From Adineta vaga (taxonomy: Eukaryota > Animalia > Rotifera): a DNA stretch of 64,000 nucleotides. The translations under genes and the position numbers were made by a program. The notes under the pieces were generated by a model. It did not search any database, had not been told where the DNA came from, and saw nothing but the letters and a program-made list of their open reading frames with translations. The stretch spans positions 1,922,001 through 1,986,000 of the forward strand of contig CP075495.1 of assembly GCA_021613535.1 (NCBI GenBank), given 5' to 3'. Below are positions 60,592-64,000 of this stretch, one piece after another (position 1 is the stretch's first letter; each line of letters begins with the position of its first letter).

Positions 60592-60918
60592 AGAAATACT
60601 GCATCGTCAGCATTATGATTACATCAGATATGCATTACTATGTTTTCGTTGACTAGTCAGAAAACGAGAACAGAGAAAGATCGTTCTAGAATCGTCATCG
60701 TCAGAAGTGAGTCAAAGTAAGGTCATATTAGCCTAACTTGAATCCATAGTCTACTATTTTCTCTCTATTAGCGGTATATGGATAGAGTTTTCGGTAGATG
60801 TCCTTCTTTTGTGTTTTTTAACTGTTTATGAAATTCGTCGTTACTATTACCGTTACTTGATCACTTTTCAGTAGTTTAGAAGGATTGTCATTAAATTTGC
60901 TGGTGATGCAGTATTTCT
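60592..60918. mobile_element. Putative MITE with 21-bp terminal inverted repeats
   Basis: AGAAATACTGCATCGTCAGCA (60592-60612) matches the reverse complement of 60898-60918 at 19/21; non-coding interior. No TSD identified. Confidence 0.5.
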
Positions 60919-61525
60919 CGGTCAATGGAAGTGAGGTCAAAGGCAGTTGGTTCACTTCTTATATAGAATTTACGTCATTCAAATGCGTTTATATTTCTCT
61001 ACTTTTTTCTCGTCTTTTGACGCGATCTATATATGTGTAGAAAAAGCGAGATGCAAAATAGCTTCAATCGATTTTATAATTCTGACTTAGTTACTACCTT
61101 CCGGGTATTTTTTTGAATCTGAAATAATCATTGTCGGTAAAGAAAATATTTAATTATCAATCTATCGTCTAAATCCGTCATTATCGATAATTTTTATCAA
61201 TAATATAAAGAGGAAAACGGCAAACTCCAAACTCTTGGAGTCTTCTGGAGTTCAGTAAAATTCTAATGATGTCTTTGAAAGTATATCTATCTATCTATCT
61301 GTCTATATATATATTCAGATACTATTGTGAATTGAATCTTTCTGATGAGTACTATGTAAAAAGACAGTGATATGAAGTTTGATTTAAACGTACATGTATA
61401 TTATTTACTTTTTACTTGTGTTCAGCACGTTTAGCTATTCCAAAAGTTTACATTGAACAAAATATCGTTTATTTAGTGATAAAATTAAACAAAATAAATA
61501 TGAATGAAAAAGAACAGTTATTTTT

Positions 61526-62130
61526 TTAATGACCATATGCTGTATCCGAAGTAATCGGTTGCTTGAAAGCTTGTTTTTTTTCACTACTTGGAAGCCAACA
61601 AGCACTTTGCTTATGGAAAAATTTAGTTTCATCATTGGTTGAAGAACTAAAATAAGCACGTTTGCTGTGAGGTTCGACTTTATCCGTAACTCTTATTGCA
61701 ATGAAGTCTATTTTTGTCGTTTTTACTGAATTTTGTTGATTATTTTGTTTATTTTCATCTGTAGTATCATCATTAAAAGATGAATCATTATCATTATCGT
61801 AAGTATTGGTCTCATCTGTTTCATCATTATCTCTATCGTCGTCAGCAAAGTCAAATTCATCAAAATCCATATCTTCTAATTGAGATGAATAATCACACAT
61901 CTTCGATCTTGGATTTAACTGTATGAACACGTATGCACTTAGTAGATTTACATGAAGAATACCAATGTTCTTCAAAGTGTTCATTATTCTCTCGACTGAA
62001 GGGCAGGTGATACGAAAAAAATGGAAATGCGTTTTTATGGCGCACATCAAATGTCAAAAAAATATTTTCTTTGAAATTATCGCAAACACCGGAAATTGAT
62101 AGTAGATTGATGATGAGACGATAGATGTAG
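61526..62130 (-). mobile_element. Decayed C-terminal fragment of a transposase-like repetitive gene
   Basis: Acidic tract followed by FFHKQSACWL, with the continuation KLSSNRLLRIQ in another frame; upstream YQFPV remnant. Resemblance to rotifer transposase-like ORFs is from memory only. Confidence 0.4.
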
Positions 62131-62447
62131 GTGGTAAGGTAGGTAGCTGAAAGGTTAAAGACGATAAGTAGAAAAATGAATTATTCGTAAATTGTTTTCG
62201 GCAGCTTGCAATTGATCCTTAAGTATTTTACTAGGGTGTACTGTTTCTTCTGCAACTATCATACCAGAAAGGGTAATATTCAGTGTTCGTAGAAACTTTA
62301 AACATACATGATTTCGATGCTGCGTCTCCTTTCATGCGACAATTGGTGTTCCATTTTGAGTTCGTCACAGGTACACTTCATCTTACTATGCATTTGAAGG
62401 TATAACAAGGAAAAAAGTGAGACTTCCATATTTCAGTACTTCCACTA

Positions 62448-62640
62448 CACTCTTTAAAAAAAGGATTTTTAAGAAACCAAAAAGGATCTTCCCATGAGCA
62501 CAAAATCGGAACCATTTATAGGTTCCGCATAAAAAAGGTTTCGTATAAAACCTTTTCCCGAAAAGGGATCATAGAGGTTTCGCGCAAAACTATTTTACAC
62601 GTTAGAACCAAAAAGTGTTTGAAGAAAGGTCCAGTACCAA
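62448..62640 (+). mobile_element. Possible CACTA/EnSpm-type element end
   Basis: Begins CACTCTTTAAAAAAAGG and has clustered GGTTY/RAACC subterminal motifs in both orientations. Other end not found. Confidence 0.35.
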
Positions 62641-63424
62641 AATCGCTTGAATGAGAACACCTACAGTTCTGCACCAACCGTTTGACATCAAAGTATTCTT
62701 ACCTAGCGATACACTAGGTGTCGCAGTAAAGGTTTACCACAGAATATTTTCGGCGATTCCAACAACCTACAATGGAAAAAAAGAATTTTTATTATTAATA
62801 TTGAAATAAATTTATCTTTTCGAGAAAATGAACATCCTATAACAGGAAATAAGTTTTCATTATCGATATATACGAGCACATATATTTAGATGAATATACG
62901 TTTTCTAAAAGGTATCGGTATTGTAATCGGCAATAAAATGCATGTTATTTGTATGTATATGGATATATGAGTATTAGCGATTATAGTCATGTACTATATA
63001 AAGAGCGGTAAGTATGACTGATATTGATAAGATATGAGGTATTACATTGCAAGTGCTATATATGATGTAAAAACAACACTTTTTGAGAGAGTTAAAGATA
63101 GTTTCTCTCTGTAATGGTAATCTTGCTCAGAAACAATAATAAAAGTACAGAAAACTGCGCTCCTCTTGTTAAACGTTATGTAAAAATTTAAAATAGAAAA
63201 CTGATACAACAGTTAGCACTCGAACGTTGCAATATAGTAACTATTTGCGCTAGTTTGATTTATTTAATTTCGCATTCTTTATATTAATCCTACTAAGATT
63301 TTCTCTCTCTTGAATTCACTATTTAGCATTAGCTGGTGCATTCAACTTATAATCTATTATTTTTGTATAACTTATTTAGTTACTAAAATGCTACTTGATT
63401 TCTCCCTTATAGGCTAACAAACAC

Positions 63425-63610
63425 ACACTCTTCTTTATTGTAGGGCGGATCGATGAGAACTTGGATTTCATTCACTACCAGATATTGCGACCATTTCATT
63501 CTTCATATTATGCTAAATATTTCCCCGATTTGAAAAGCGAAGTTCACACACCTGTAGCATCTTTCTGACTTTCTCGTAATTCGATTGCTTTGTCTTGTTT
63601 CGTTTCTTCT
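63425..63610 (-). pseudogene. Degenerate fragment resembling the LSM12 anticodon-binding domain
   Basis: KWSQYLVVNEIQVLIDPPYNKEEC resembles the LSM12 KW....VV..EV.I.PPY..ENC pattern; surrounded by stop codons. Confidence 0.3.
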
Positions 63611-64000
63611 AAGTAAAATTTACACTATTCATCTGCGATCCTTCGCTTGTTCCCATCATCATCATTGATACTGGTGATCTTTGACACATTTCTGTGCTGC
63701 CGACAAAGTATTTGTTCTTAAAACAAACTTCTCATTGCTACTCACCATTAATTCTCGTTCTCAGAGAAAAGATCTAACACCTTTTGAAACTTTGCGTAAC
63801 TCTACAAACCACCCTATATTACACATTGACACTATCAATGCTTAACGAAGTTATACAAGGCGTCATAAGAAAACTGCGGGATCATCTGAAGATGAACGAA
63901 CTAAGCTATGTTCTCCTGCTCAGCACGCTAAAACTTCAACAATTGGCAGTTACCGCAAAAATACACAAAAAAATACAGAAGATTTATTACACTGTCGATA

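Noticed and set aside
61335-61395. CTGATGAG...GAAG hammerhead-like string
   Set aside because: GAAA box is broken and stem I does not pair.

Overview
AT-rich, gene-dense eukaryotic (animal) DNA with many ~50-60 nt GT-AG introns. The intron size, ART/TPR genes, divergent 7TM genes and foreign-looking genes point to a bdelloid rotifer (inference). Left to right: 3' part of PRPF8, ubiquilin and TEAD/scalloped. Next is an accessory block (15.9-26.3 kb): prokaryote-type MEMO1, a frameshifted GPCR, a GPI-anchored Ly6/three-finger gene missed by the ORF track, a secreted orphan, a stand-alone Gsp-type CHAP amidase, a TPR protein and a pseudo-ART-TPR protein. Then come a somatostatin/allatostatin-C-type receptor, CCT4, and an RS-domain makorin-like RING-CCCH gene head-to-head with a ~20 kb axonemal-type dynein heavy chain. 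The window ends with a deleted bacterial-type GST pseudogene, AS3MT and transposon debris. The most striking signal is the dynein: it keeps the full architecture, but the catalytic residues of its main ATPase site are gone (AAA1 Walker A Thr, Walker B Asp-Glu, AAA2 arginine finger), and it has candidate cassette micro-exons in the stalk. It looks like a motor-dead 'pseudo-dynein'. All assignments come from manual translation and recalled motifs; no searches were run.
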